From the NCBI GenBank assembly GCA_001949185.1, contig BDGG01000023.1, forward strand, positions 190,925 through 254,924: DNA of 64,000 nucleotides, written 5' to 3'. The DNA comes from Ramazzottius varieornatus (taxonomy: Eukaryota; Animalia; Tardigrada). The translations under genes and the position numbers were made by a program. Positions 25,658 through 37,645 of the stretch are shown here, one piece after another. The first letter of the stretch is position 1, and each line of letters begins with the position of its first letter. The notes beneath the pieces were generated by a model that had not been told where the DNA came from, made no database searches, and saw only the letters and a program-made list of their open reading frames with translations.

Positions 25658-26217
25658 TAGCTCAGTCGGCTTTAACCTGAACTAATATCCCTGTGTGATC
25701 ATCCGCCACCGAGGGTGAAAAAGCTGAATCGGGAAACCCCAAACAAGGATTACAGCTTCATGCGAACAGCATACCGTGCGTGACCAATAGGAGATCATTA
25801 AAAAGCGGATTACCTTCGTTATCAGTCTTGACATATGGTTCGTAATGGATGTGCTCGAAGAAACGAGATACGACGCGCCTTTTTTGATATAACTGTTACT
25901 CGCGTAATGATTTCGTGCTATATAAAGGCTTTTACCAGCAATTGTCTCCTCTACCGCAGCCACTTCGGTATCATCTGCGAAATCTTCATGAATTATTCTG
26001 AATGACCCGTTGCGTCACCGAAAGCCTTCTTTATACAGTAACTTTACTAATTTTGTACTGCTCCGAAATCAAACGTCAATCGAACAGTCTCTACCACATA
26101 AACAGTAGTACGAAAGACTGTTGTTCTGACAGAACGTTGTACTTGTCTTCATACAGTGAGTACTCTATTTCGATAAACTTGGTCACGATATTTTCATTGA
26201 TAGGTTATTGAATAGCT

Positions 26218-26350
26218 ACTTTTGGTTTATTGCAGGTGTTTGACAACCTTCTTTTATTGGAAGACTTGGTTCTCTCCCAATAATCCATACTTCGTGGTTG
26301 ATCGGCTAATCCCCTCATGATATCACTGTATCCAATCATCCTGCAATAAC
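26218..26350 (+). repeat. 133-bp direct repeat of 24529-24661
   Basis: About 5 mismatches by eye between the two copies. Confidence 0.9.
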
Positions 26351-26550
26351 TTCTCGGATAGTTCAGATCAGCACCTCGAGCAAGAACTATTTCTTTGACC
26401 CTACTTCCTAAGTGAGCTGGTACCTGACGTCAATCTACCATCGGAGAGCCCAGTATCAGGTGGTTCCATTTCCGGATAGCCCGCAAGATACTCGTCGAAA
26501 GAAAGGCCCGATCTTGCCACCTGAGCCTTCTCTGCACATCCCACACGGAT

Positions 26551-27988
26551 ATGGAGTCGAATAACATCTCGCACTTGGTTCTCCAGTCATTCCACAACCT
26601 TTCTCAGTGGAACATGACGAACCATACTTACCACATCCACGAAGTCAGCGTCAGCTCCATGGTTATCGGAGCCCTCGCCGGAATGATTGCCGCTTTCACC
26701 CTGATCCTCAACTCAACCATCCTAATCGTCTTTGCCATCGACTCCCACATTCGTACTCCCTTCAACATCTACATTCTAAACTTGACCTTTCAGGACTGGA
26801 CCATCGCGGCATTCAGTATGACCGGCTTCGTCGCTCTAGCGGTATCTCCCGGGTGGCCGTGGGGATGGGCGTACTGTGGAGTATTCCTCTACTTGGACTG
26901 GGCGACCTCGGCTTGCGGACTGTACAGTGTAGCTTTGATCAGCCTGGATCGGTTATGGGCGCTCTTCTGGCCCATCCATTACCGCCAACGTCGCAACGGA
27001 GCACGCACCAGCGCCCTCATCTGTCTGGGTACTTGGACGTACATCCAAGTGGTCATTGCACCGTGTATCGCAATGGACCGCTTCCTTTACGGTTTCAGGG
27101 ACCCGCGCATCTGCGCAGCCAACCAGAACGCCCAACCGATGTACAACTCTATCCTTGGGTTCTCCATGTACATGATTCCTTTGATGATCGTCTTTTTCTC
27201 CTACACGGGTATCACGATCAAGTTGAGGAAACGGAAGAAACCGAAAGCCAAGGTCAGTCCGCTGGACCTTGAGGCACCACGGACTGTAGGGACGGATACT
27301 GGACCGAGTTCGCATACTCACAACCACAGCACAAGGTGATGCTCGTGCCCTCGTATTTCCACGACAATCAGTTATACGTACAGATTGTGGTGATGGGAAT
27401 TCTATATGTGGGACATCGTCAACTGGTTTGAACCAGATCGTTCTCCTGAGTGGCGCATACCCCTGGCCAATACCAACGAAAATGGGCGCCGCGAGAGATA
27501 ACGATCGGAACCAGATCGCCTTTTCGAGTCGCGCACTTTTAGAGCTGATAACAATGGGAATATGCGCCACGTAGGATTTTAATGAATTGAGTCCATTTCG
27601 CACACATTCCATATAGCCACAATAGTTAATCTTGTTGTTTAGTTCGGACCTGCACCATGATCAAAAAGCCAAGGATAAGAAAGCCCGTAAAGCTTCGCCT
27701 GTTCCCACCGCCGCCACTACCCGTTCGAAAGAAGAGAAAGAGATGAAGAAACGCGAGCAGCGATTGTTCCGCAGCCTATTGACGTTGTCGCTGGTGGGCT
27801 TGATCTGCTGGTCGCCGGGAATCTTCTATTACATGGTTTCCTCCATCGCGCCAGCCATATTTAGTGAAACGTTCTTCAACCTGGTCGTACTGCTTCGATT
27901 CGTCAGCTGCGGGATCAACCCCATTGTGTACCACTTCAGCTTACCGGATGTCCGCAAAGCTGTTGAAAAGCTCTTCAGGATCGGCTAG
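26551..27988 (+). CDS. Class A (rhodopsin-like) GPCR, aminergic-like; join(26551..27335,27643..27988)
   Basis: LN in TM1, LNLTFQD in TM2, WPWG..C, D3.32, SLDRL, CWSP and NPIVY. A phase-2 intron in ICL3 keeps the frame. Confidence 0.93.
27409..27535. repeat. Palindromic N25 element copy (GPCR intron)
   Basis: TGGGACATCG..GAACCAGATC..AGTGGCGCAT-25nt (GGCCAAT)-GGGCGCC. Confidence 0.7.
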
Positions 27989-28175
27989 ATTCGTCCCTTT
28001 TATATCATCTACCAAGCTTGAATTATGCTGCGTGCTGGTTTGCGCAGGTTCAAGCTTCCTGTACAGAGCCCCCCTTTTTTTCCGGAAAAGCCGTTGTTCC
28101 GACGGAACATAGATAGATTCTTTGGGCGATATTCGGTTGTTGCGATTTACCTTTCTATGAAATATTGCTTTTACC

Positions 28176-28719
28176 TAGACCTGAGAAAAGTGTGATTAAG
28201 TGTGGTGTGGTGTTTTTCGGTTCGGTGCTTCTCCACACCGAAACTGGTTTTTCGGTGCGAAAGCCACACCACTTTTTCCGGTGTGGTGTGGATCGGACAC
28301 CAGTCTTTCGGTGCACCACACCAAACCAAATCGAAAAACCGAAAAAAGTTTCAAAGAGCGAATTCACAATTTATTAATCCGTCAATGGACCGTCATCGAC
28401 AAATCGAACTGCGCTGTAGGAAGAAAACATTCCACACAGGTAAATTTTCGCAGCTTAAACAATCAACAGTTAGTCGAATTACGGGGCGAAACAGCGAGTT
28501 TGCGATACTCATCTAGCCCAAGCTAGCTGACTAGCTCATTAAATCTGGTGCACCAAAAGTTTTTCGGTTTGGTGTGATGTGGTGTTCCTAGACACCGAAA
28601 CGGCAAATTCGATGTGACTCGGACACCAATTTTTCGATTTGGTGTTTCAAGCGCACCGAAACCAAAAAGAGTGGTTTTTTTCGGTGTGGTGTGGTGAAAC
28701 CACACCATCCTCAGGTCTA
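28176..28719. mobile_element. hAT-type MITE
   Basis: TIRs TAGACCTGAG / CTCAGGTCTA with a perfect 8-bp TSD CTTTTACC and GGTGTGGTG / CACCGAAA subterminal repeats. Confidence 0.92.
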
Positions 28720-29437
28720 CTTTTACCGTATGTGTCATGTAGTTGTGAGCGATGTTTTGTAAGACAAACTGTACTGCACGTCTGTGCGCCTTCTAGGTAA
28801 AGTGGAGGATTTCAACGTGACAGACATCGATCAGCCATGAGAGTTTAGGGTTCGTTCATGAACGATCAATCATTTTACGTCCCGATATCAAATACGGACT
28901 TCCTTGTATGCTCGAGGCCAAGATTACCTTTTTATCCATGACTTTCGAGTAAAAAGTTGCCACATTGCAACCAACCAACAACTGTCAAGAAACTGTATCC
29001 GATAATTGCAAACCTTTGACGTTTCAATTGATTAATCCAATAACGTTCAATGGACCCAGGCAACGATCTCAAAAGGGAGCAATTTCTTCCCTGACTGCTG
29101 AAACATCTTGAAGGCCGAAGTGGGTAAATGTTTTCTTGATAAGTCTATCGGCTGACAGGTTTATACCTCTCGGCGGTAACAGGAAGCTAATTACAAAAAA
29201 TAGTCACAAGGTGTTAGAGACCTCACTAATCCCTAAGTAGCAACACTTGCACTGTTTTGACGCATTGTCATCACCGATGACCAGTGGAACATAATGAAAT
29301 TTCGCCAGACATGTTTCCGTACATTTTATCGAGCAAGACTATTTCTCTCGGTTCTCTCGAGTTTGATTAGCCCTTATTTTGAGACAGAAATTATTCGTCT
29401 TACTACGCATAGTTTCTACCACGTCGTAGTCTTCGCG

Positions 29438-31976
29438 ATGTCTACTATGAGGCCACGAAAGTTCAGCCTAATGGAGCTGCAAGTTCTTCCGCCGGAGAAA
29501 GGCCGGCGTTCCTCATCTGCCCAGTATCTGCCATCTCCCGAGTCCATTGAACGATCGAAAAACGCTGCTCGAAGACTGTCAGCATCGATCAGTGAATCGG
29601 CCATTACGGCTCTACGCCGAACGTCGTTAACCGTTCGGAACAACGTATCCATTATCCTCCTCCCGACGATCGATGAAGTATTTGAGCGGGAACGCACTGA
29701 ACTTCACGACGCCGATGATTTGTTACGGCTGTTGGGAAACCCGGGTCGTTTCCAGCTCATACAGTACATGTTACTTTGTCTGCAGTTCCTGGCGTACATG
29801 AGCGACTTCTCACCGGTATTCTTCAACCTGCAACCGCTCGGAATTACTTATCCGAATCGTAGCCTGCTGGACGATGGCGGTGAACAAGAGTTCGGTGGGA
29901 ATACCACAGTAATGTTTGTCCCGTTCGCCCAGCTGAAATCCGCGAGGTCGTGCCAGGGATTTGGACTGGACAGCAGTAACCTCCCACTCGGTCTCCAATA
30001 CGTCTACCCGGTTGCTGGACAAAGATCAATCATTGCCGATGTAAGTCCGAAAACCACTCTAAACCTGAAAACGACAATAAAATGGATATACTGTAATGTG
30101 GTTTCATTCCTGTCTAATGTAGATGAACCTTATCTGTGGAAGAATGTGGATACCCAGTTTCGGTACCGTGATTTATTTTCTGGGTAATAAAGTGCTTTTG
30201 CACTTGTGGTTAAAAAATACGAGGATCTGGTCCTGACTTTGCCCGCGGCTAAAACTTTGCCCACATACGTCACGAGCCACTCACAGGCATTTTAAGCTGG
30301 TGAAATATGCGGACGAAGTTAGAACCAGATCTTCGTACGTGATCAGTCTTGCAGACTCTTGCGGTAATTCGCCAAACCTTATATTTATAGGACATATTCT
30401 AATCAGTCCGTTCACCGGTTGGGTAGCAGATTCCTATGGACGGAGACCTCTGTTACTCGGTTCGAACCTGATGTGCACACTCTTGTGCATCGGTATCGTC
30501 TTTTCGAGAGACCATATCTCCTACCTGATACTTCGGTTCTTCCATGGAGTCTTCAGACAGGTACCGGTGGTTGACGGCAGCATTACCTTCGTCTGTTTTG
30601 ACGGCCTTGGGTAAATTAAGTGTTCGAAAAAGCGTTTACTACTTACTGTCTTTTGTAGGGCATGAACAGCGCCTTCTGGGTATTGATCATGGAATGGGCG
30701 CCACCACAACGTCGCGCCACCTGGGCGACCTCAGCCTGGATGTTCTTCGCTTTCACCCTCGTCATCGAAGGTGTCGCTGCTTTGCTATTACCCAACTGGC
30801 ACCATCTACAGATATTCATCACATGTGCCAATGTCTTCGCTGTACCTCTGATATGGTTTGCACCAGAGTCCTTGAAGTGGCTGCTGCTGAGGAACCGGCC
30901 ACAAGAAATACTGCAGATCTGCCAACAAATCGCGAAATTCAACAGAATCAACGACCTGCCAGCTGATCTGGGAGATACACTGGACAAAATGGCGAAGAAG
31001 TACGATGAAACTCAAAGAAAGGTTGGGAATTATACGCTGGCGGACTGCTTCCGGACACCGTATATCCGTATGGCTACGTTCTTATGCTACTCCATCAGGT
31101 GTGGCTTGAATTCTATTTTCTACGTTCAACGTTTCTCTTGCTGAGCTTTTGCCTTTTTGCAGCCTGACGAATACGCTAGCTTATTTTGCCATGACGTTGA
31201 TCCTCAGCGAAATCTTCGGAGATGTGTACATCAACTTCATCGTTAGTGGCGTTCTGGAGTTTGTACCGCGTATTGTGGCCTTGGGCTGTACATTCAGGTA
31301 TACTTTGTCATCGAGTCAAATGCTGGGAAAAACCCTAGGCGTATACTCGTGAGAAATTTTGTTCTCTGCTTGTTCGACTTTGTTCTTGTAGGCTAACGAA
31401 TCGAACAGCTTTCGCTATTTGTGTTCTGATCTCCTCAGTACTGACGGTCGTTTCTGGATTGATCCCGATTGTTCCGGTAGCTGCAGCCATCACACAAACT
31501 GTGTTCGTACAAATTGCGCGCATGTGTCTGAGCGGCGCAGCCTCGCTAAATTACGCGATGACTTCCGAGCTGTACCCAACCGTTATCCGGAACCTGGGAT
31601 ACAGTGTCATGTCGGTGGGACTACGAACTGGCTTCATGCTAGCACCTGCTGTTGCTGCATTGGTTTGTCCAGGGAACTAATAGCCTGCTAGTCGACAGGA
31701 CGGTTTAGAAGGTTGTTCTTGCAGGGAACGGAGACATCCTTCCATGGCGGTTCACTACTCTTGATGGGATTCTTGGCCTTGCTGTCTGCCATCGGGATAT
31801 TCATATTACCTGAAACAACGGCGATGAAATTGTTGGCAACTGTGGAAGAAGCGGAAGCCTTCGGTGCAGAAAACTCGATCAGGAAGCGTATGAGGTCGAG
31901 CGTTTTCTTCCGAAAACTAGTACGCAGCAAAAGCCTGACAGGCAAAACGTTGGAAGGGATGGATAGATCAAGCTGA
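29438..31976 (+). CDS. SLC22 organic cation/anion transporter, 7 exons
   Basis: LGNPGRFQ, SIIAD|MNLIC, GWVADSYGRRP, EW..R, PESLKWL, ELYPTVIR and LPET motifs. Approximate exons: 29438-30040, 30123-30183, 30391-30560, 30659-31098, 31163-31297, 31392-31663, 31725-31976. Confidence 0.93.
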
Positions 31977-32189
31977 CCGTTGTCTATATGTCCACCAACG
32001 TACCAAATTTGGATGTGTGCCACACGTGTACACAAATAAGTCGAAGAGTTCTTTATAAAATATATGGTGCACACGCTGCTGCTTTGTTCGCTATTTCCAT
32101 GATGCGCTGCATCAGGTACCGCAAGAATTCACCGACACGTAGTTCGGGCTTATCGAACACTGTGCCTAGCGCTTGAGGTGCGTGCAATC

Positions 32190-32320
32190 GTACAATGCGG
32201 TCTGTTCGGCGTGTTGGGCGTATTGGGCATGTCCACGAAGAAACTGTCTGTTCGCGAAAGTCTCCGACTTCTAGACATCCCATATGGAAAACATGACCAC
32301 ACGGTAGTAAGTTCAGCCCG
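32190..32320 (-). pseudogene. RING-H2 finger fragment
   Basis: LLPCGHVFHMGCL...TCPI; the first Cys pair and the last Cys are missing. Confidence 0.5.
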
Positions 32321-33555
32321 GCCAACCACCACCAGAGAAGAACTATCGCTCGAAGACCGAGAAAAAGAACTTCATATGACATGACAGCTAACGCCATGGA
32401 TTCTGGTAATGTCTAGACCTGTTTCTATCGAACCTTGTGTTTCAGAGACAAAAAGAACTGGAGGTAGTTTGTTTGCGCGGAGAAAGTTTGCTTCAGAAGG
32501 AATACAAGACCGTACTTCAGTCCAGTGATCCCAAGACAAAGAGAAGACCGTCAGTCATGTCAACATTCTCGAATTGTCTACTGATAGCCACTTCCGTGAA
32601 GATAAACGCCATATCAGCAGCAGAAGTCTCGACAAGGAAGTCTGAAGGCATGCGTGAACTGCGTGGCTTTAGTACCTCAGAATCGACATCACCGACTCCC
32701 ACTTTTAAGGCCCAGCTTGGACAGGACTTGGGAATTGTACAACTCTTGAAGTTCACAAGGCAACTGTACCGTGAACGCGCTAGACCGGCAGAAAGACAAG
32801 GAAACCACGAATCTTACACAGACTGATGGAGTGACTGGACCAATTCGAATTATTTCGACTTCATCAACATGGTAACCAACGAACCGATTCGGTCTCAGTT
32901 AGGTCGACTCGCGTTCAACCGTCAAAATCAACAAATTAACACCTGGCAAAAGTTTCTAGCTCGATCTTTCTTATAATCTCTCATGTTGATAGTTCTCGGC
33001 TGTATACATACGAATTCAAATCGCACGCGTGTGAAATAGTCTTTCAGTACGGCCGCACAAGTCTGACATTTTTTCCGGATCATGTTATTTGAATGTCAGT
33101 CCTCGATCACCACGAAGTTCAGGTAAGTGAAAACAAGTAGCTGGAGGTCGTTCGCATTTATGTATGCTGATAATGTTGGAAGGAATCCTGTGCCCTTTCA
33201 GACTGGTCTCAAGTCGAGCTATCAGATACTGTAGATGACCAAAGTGGAAGTTCAATGGTTCATTTACACGAAGAGAAGGGGCGTCTATAGTATGTATGTC
33301 CTAAGGTCTGATTAGAGTCTGGCGTTTCGTATTTACGGGGGACTTTCATGTGCAACTCCAGGAAGGACGCTACAGTAGTGACGCGCTGGTATTGGATTCG
33401 TGATAGCTCTTGCTGGACCGAAAGGACGTTTCTGTTCGCCATATTTTTGCAATAGGTTTGGCGTTTGTTCTCCCACGAGGGATATAACGGCACACGTGCA
33501 GTGATGCTGTTGTCCGCATACTATGTCCGCGTTGCGGCAGAGTCAGTATGATTTC

Positions 33556-34960
33556 TCATTGTCGTTGTTCTGCGTGGCATAGGCCGGTACCGTACGCCAG
33601 TATCTGGCCGAACGTGGGGCCTGAGTGCTTTGCCAAGACGTTCAAATGATGCGCAGATCGCTGTTGACCACGCATGCCACATCCGTTTTCGACAAAATCA
33701 GACATGGGTTGGGCGGAACACACAGACTCGTAAAAGGAACGGCTTGTAGTGTACCCACGCAAGGTACGCTGGAACAGTCCACAAATCACAAGCGACAACA
33801 CTAAGGGACGCCGGTCTGAGAGCTTGTCGTTTCTACCTGGATTTAGAGACGCTTCTTTCACGAAAGCGACCCAGTACGTGGGTTTGGGGCGACCTTCTAC
33901 GTCCAGTGCACGGCGTGGACCCAATTCTCATGGGGTAAGCGCTTCGTACAGATCAAAATAACATGGATCTGCCCATAATTGGTGCAAGTATGGCATTGCA
34001 TGTTGTCTCGTCACCCACATGGACATTCCGTGATCTTGTTGGAGGTGCCCTTGGGATTATGCTTGTCCCCAGCGCACAGTAAAAGTGTTGGCTGTATATA
34101 TCCCTGCTCGGTCGGCAAACGCTTCGAGCTTCAAAGGCATATCACCTGTGATAAACCTCATAGTGCGCTGGTCCGCTGAGGTCTTCGCATGTGGGTTCTT
34201 GGAGAAGCTCTTGAGTAATTCATCCAACTCGAATTCGGCTTAGCGATCACACAAGTTTTTTCGGTCTTGGTTCCTGTTCTTGCTTTCGTCGTCGCAGTCA
34301 GCCAAACGCCCGAAAAGTTCCACGAAGTACCTTGGGTTACACAGAACGAAACTTGATGTATTACATGTGCTAGATATTCCACCTAGGTCGACGACTGTAT
34401 AGTCGCCAGCCCGATAGCACAGGATTATTTCCATGTTTGTCGATCCCAACTCAAGAGCCATCTGTATGAACGACTAGAGATATTTGGTCACTCGTTCTAA
34501 CTGGGCGATGGGCGGTATCCAGTGAGCATCCAACGGCAATTTGTCCAGCACGTCAAAAGTCCTCAAGGTCTCCACGTCAACCAGAATAATATTCTTATCC
34601 CCGTTGTTCAGTCTACCCATTCCAGACCTGAGTTTGTCCAACTGAATGACTGGCGCTTGTAACGGCAGCAGATATGATATCAAACCTCGACTCCGGTACG
34701 GCAGAGGCCAACCGCCGTTGTCGTTTTGCCGTCTCGCGAGATTGGACATGAGTCTTTCCCTTCGATGACTGGCTCGAAGCTTTCAGCTGATTGTCTCACT
34801 TCCGTATGTAGGCACCAATGTTCTGAACCAATGGCTCTCATAGTGGGTTACATCGACGGTATCCGAAAACTCGCGAAAATAGTTCTTTTCAGCGTCCTGG
34901 AAGGCTAGTGACGTGCAGTATTGCTTGACCATACATCATTCTGATTCGACTTCCTCAACC
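33556..34960 (-). pseudogene. Long decayed intronless reading frame of unknown family
   Basis: ORFs 34474-34749, 34240-34461 and 33556-33924 share one frame and are separated only by isolated stops. Confidence 0.45.
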
Positions 34961-37645
34961 ATCCGTGGCGCTGTCGCACCCAGCTCAACCGTATAACACC
35001 GTCTACACTATAGTGTACGACAAAATTAACCGTTAAAAATGGGCGTAACACTCCAGCTGAGCTTACTTACGACTCAGCCAATTTTGCTGCAGGCTGTAGG
35101 TTTTGCTGCAGGCGAAAATTTCATTGGCTTTAACCATCTGACTCCATAAACCCACTTTTAACGGTTTATTTTGTCGTGACTGTACACGTGCCGCAACCGT
35201 TCGAGCGTGCTGAGGCTGCGACGACCCCAACCAGATGCCGCCCGCTTGTCCTTGATCTGTCTTATTCCTACATGGTGAAGCACCCGGTACAGTAGTGACT
35301 AGCACACGAGCAAGTAGTCCTGACCACTGGAAAGGCCGAGCGCGAGCGCGTGAGAAACCACTAGCAGCAACGCATTTGTTCTACGCTTCATAGCTACGGC
35401 CAATACTTTGCGTTTTGACGCCATAACAATGCCGTTACGGAAACGTAACGTCATAAAGTGTCCCATACCTGTTAAAACTGACTTGCAAGTTTACAACGAA
35501 AACAGCCCATGCGATGAGAGTCCTAGTTCGTTCAAAAGCTTTGACGCCTTCTGAACATCACCAGACTGCATGCCCAGTGGAGGACCCCGTGATAACATAA
35601 CAACTTCTTCACCACTCGGGCGCCGGAAAAAGTCAGTGAGCAACGAAATTCAGGTGAAGCAGTCTGTTCTTGAGTTGATCGTGGACAGATTTCCGGGCCT
35701 GACGTTGCTTATTCCCTACCGAGCGAAGTATTCATGGGGAATCACGCTCTAATAGCTGATAGCCGGTATTGTTTTTAGGAAAAGATGGCGTAGATGAGCC
35801 TGGCGTCTCTGTAGACACTGAAGTTTACAGCGGCACAATCAGAGGGTCAACTGAGATTAATTCTATGCAAAACTTTTGAGGGGCTCGCCTGAAACGATTT
35901 GCAAGTACAATACACGAATCGAAATAAAAAGTTACAAAGGTGATAGGCTGTATTAGTGCCACTCGCTTTGGGTTCTTGTTCTTGCGGCTATCGCGTGGCT
36001 ACGGAGCTACCGCCACATTGGTCTTCTGACGGAGCCGCTCTCCCTGAACTACGTATCAAACATCAACGCAAGCCAGCAAAGAAGTAAGCGCTGACAGTTC
36101 AGGCTTATATTGGTCGTACGTTGAAGCACCAGAGTGGCATCCCTCGGTATCACAGTATTACGCCGGCCTCGGATGGGGTAGGAGATGAATTTTTGAAGTG
36201 TAAAGCGATTGCCAAATGGCTTACATTGAGATCTGGATAGATCTCGACAAGGGGTCCTGAAGGACGAGCTTGGCACTCGGCATCAGTGACTCCAAATCGA
36301 GAAAATGTGTTAGCACCCACAGAGTTTCAATGACTTCTAAAGTTTCGTAAATAGTTGACGATAAATTCAAAGGTGAACAGGATTCGCACAGACTTTCCGT
36401 TTCACAAGTTCGTATGGAATCGGTCTAGCCTGGGATATCTAGCCTAACGTGGTACGCTCTGAAACCGAAGCGACTGTGAAGGTTGCAAGTTCGATGTCTC
36501 TGTCCCACGGCAACCGCAGTACCGCGGAATGTGTTTCGAATCACGTGTACGTTAAACGGCTTGAAACCGACCAGCCTAGCCGGATCGCTAGTTCGTCAGA
36601 AAAAAAGCTGATTTCACGATAGCAGGTTGCACCTGGATTTTATGCGCCATTGGCTATTGTTCAGTCACATGGCTCCCTCAAAAAGAGAAGTGATACCATC
36701 AGAGGAACACAGTATGTTATATCTGGTACTACCCTGAACGCGCCCGAGGAGGAAGGACTCGAGGGGCAGGGGTTTATTGCAAAACCAGGGGCAGAAAACT
36801 ATCGAATGAGGCTACGAACCATCACAGTCTCCACGACAGGTCGTGAAAAAGAATGAGAGAATAAACAACAAAGAACCGTCTAAAATACCTGGATGGGTGT
36901 GAAACTTAAACTACGCCGTCGCAACGGAAACAACGCGCAAGAGGAAGGAAAAATAAAGGAAGCCATTCATGAGCAGCAAGGCTGGTTATGTACTGCATAT
37001 AGCGCCTCCTGAAAGCAGCCTTCTTGCTGGCAGGAGGACGCCTGTCCTGTGGTGGGTGGCTGCGAAGGAAGTAGAGTCGGTCCGTTCTCCCATAATACTG
37101 TAACAACAGGGTTTCCGTCGAAATCCTACTCATACTGCATCGGTATGAAGACCTGGCCCCATACTTTCCCGCAATTGTTCACACACTCTAGCTTTTGTCT
37201 TCAGAAAGATCGTCAATACTGTACCTGAAAGCACTACATAATGAAGTTACGTACACTGCACTGTTCTGAAAGTATCCTAGGTGTGGCCACTGTCCTGTTC
37301 TCTCTAGTACAGTATGTCCGGGATGTCTGTTTGGCTGGTACACATCCAACCACAGTAGATCGTTAAGTTCGTGAAGCGTGACGAAGCAGCATGGACTATA
37401 GATATCGGGTAATTCTTTCATCGCCTTCTCGAAATTTATCGGTTCAAGTTAAGTATAATTAATCAAGGCGTTTTACGTTACGGTACAGTTTTTCCGGTAC
37501 ACCTGTGCGCAATGAAGAGATCAACACGTTGTACATTGCTCACAGGTCTTTGAGAGGAAGCGAGGTTTACTTTGATGGCCCATCAGCAGTCGCAACTTCG
37601 TACTATACAAGCAAGCGGAAAAACAAAAGCTGTAATCGCCGGATG

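Noticed and set aside
26607-27612. Long alternative-frame and antisense ORFs over the GPCR
   Set aside because: Shadow ORFs arising from codon bias of the real CDS.
28155-28738. Overlapping repetitive ORFs with a CRISPR-like look
   Set aside because: Explained by hAT MITE subterminal repeats; there is no regular repeat-spacer structure and no cas genes.
36906-37421. Exon-like ORFs downstream of Mnx1
   Set aside because: No consistent spliced frame or motif; Mnx1 already stops at 37646.
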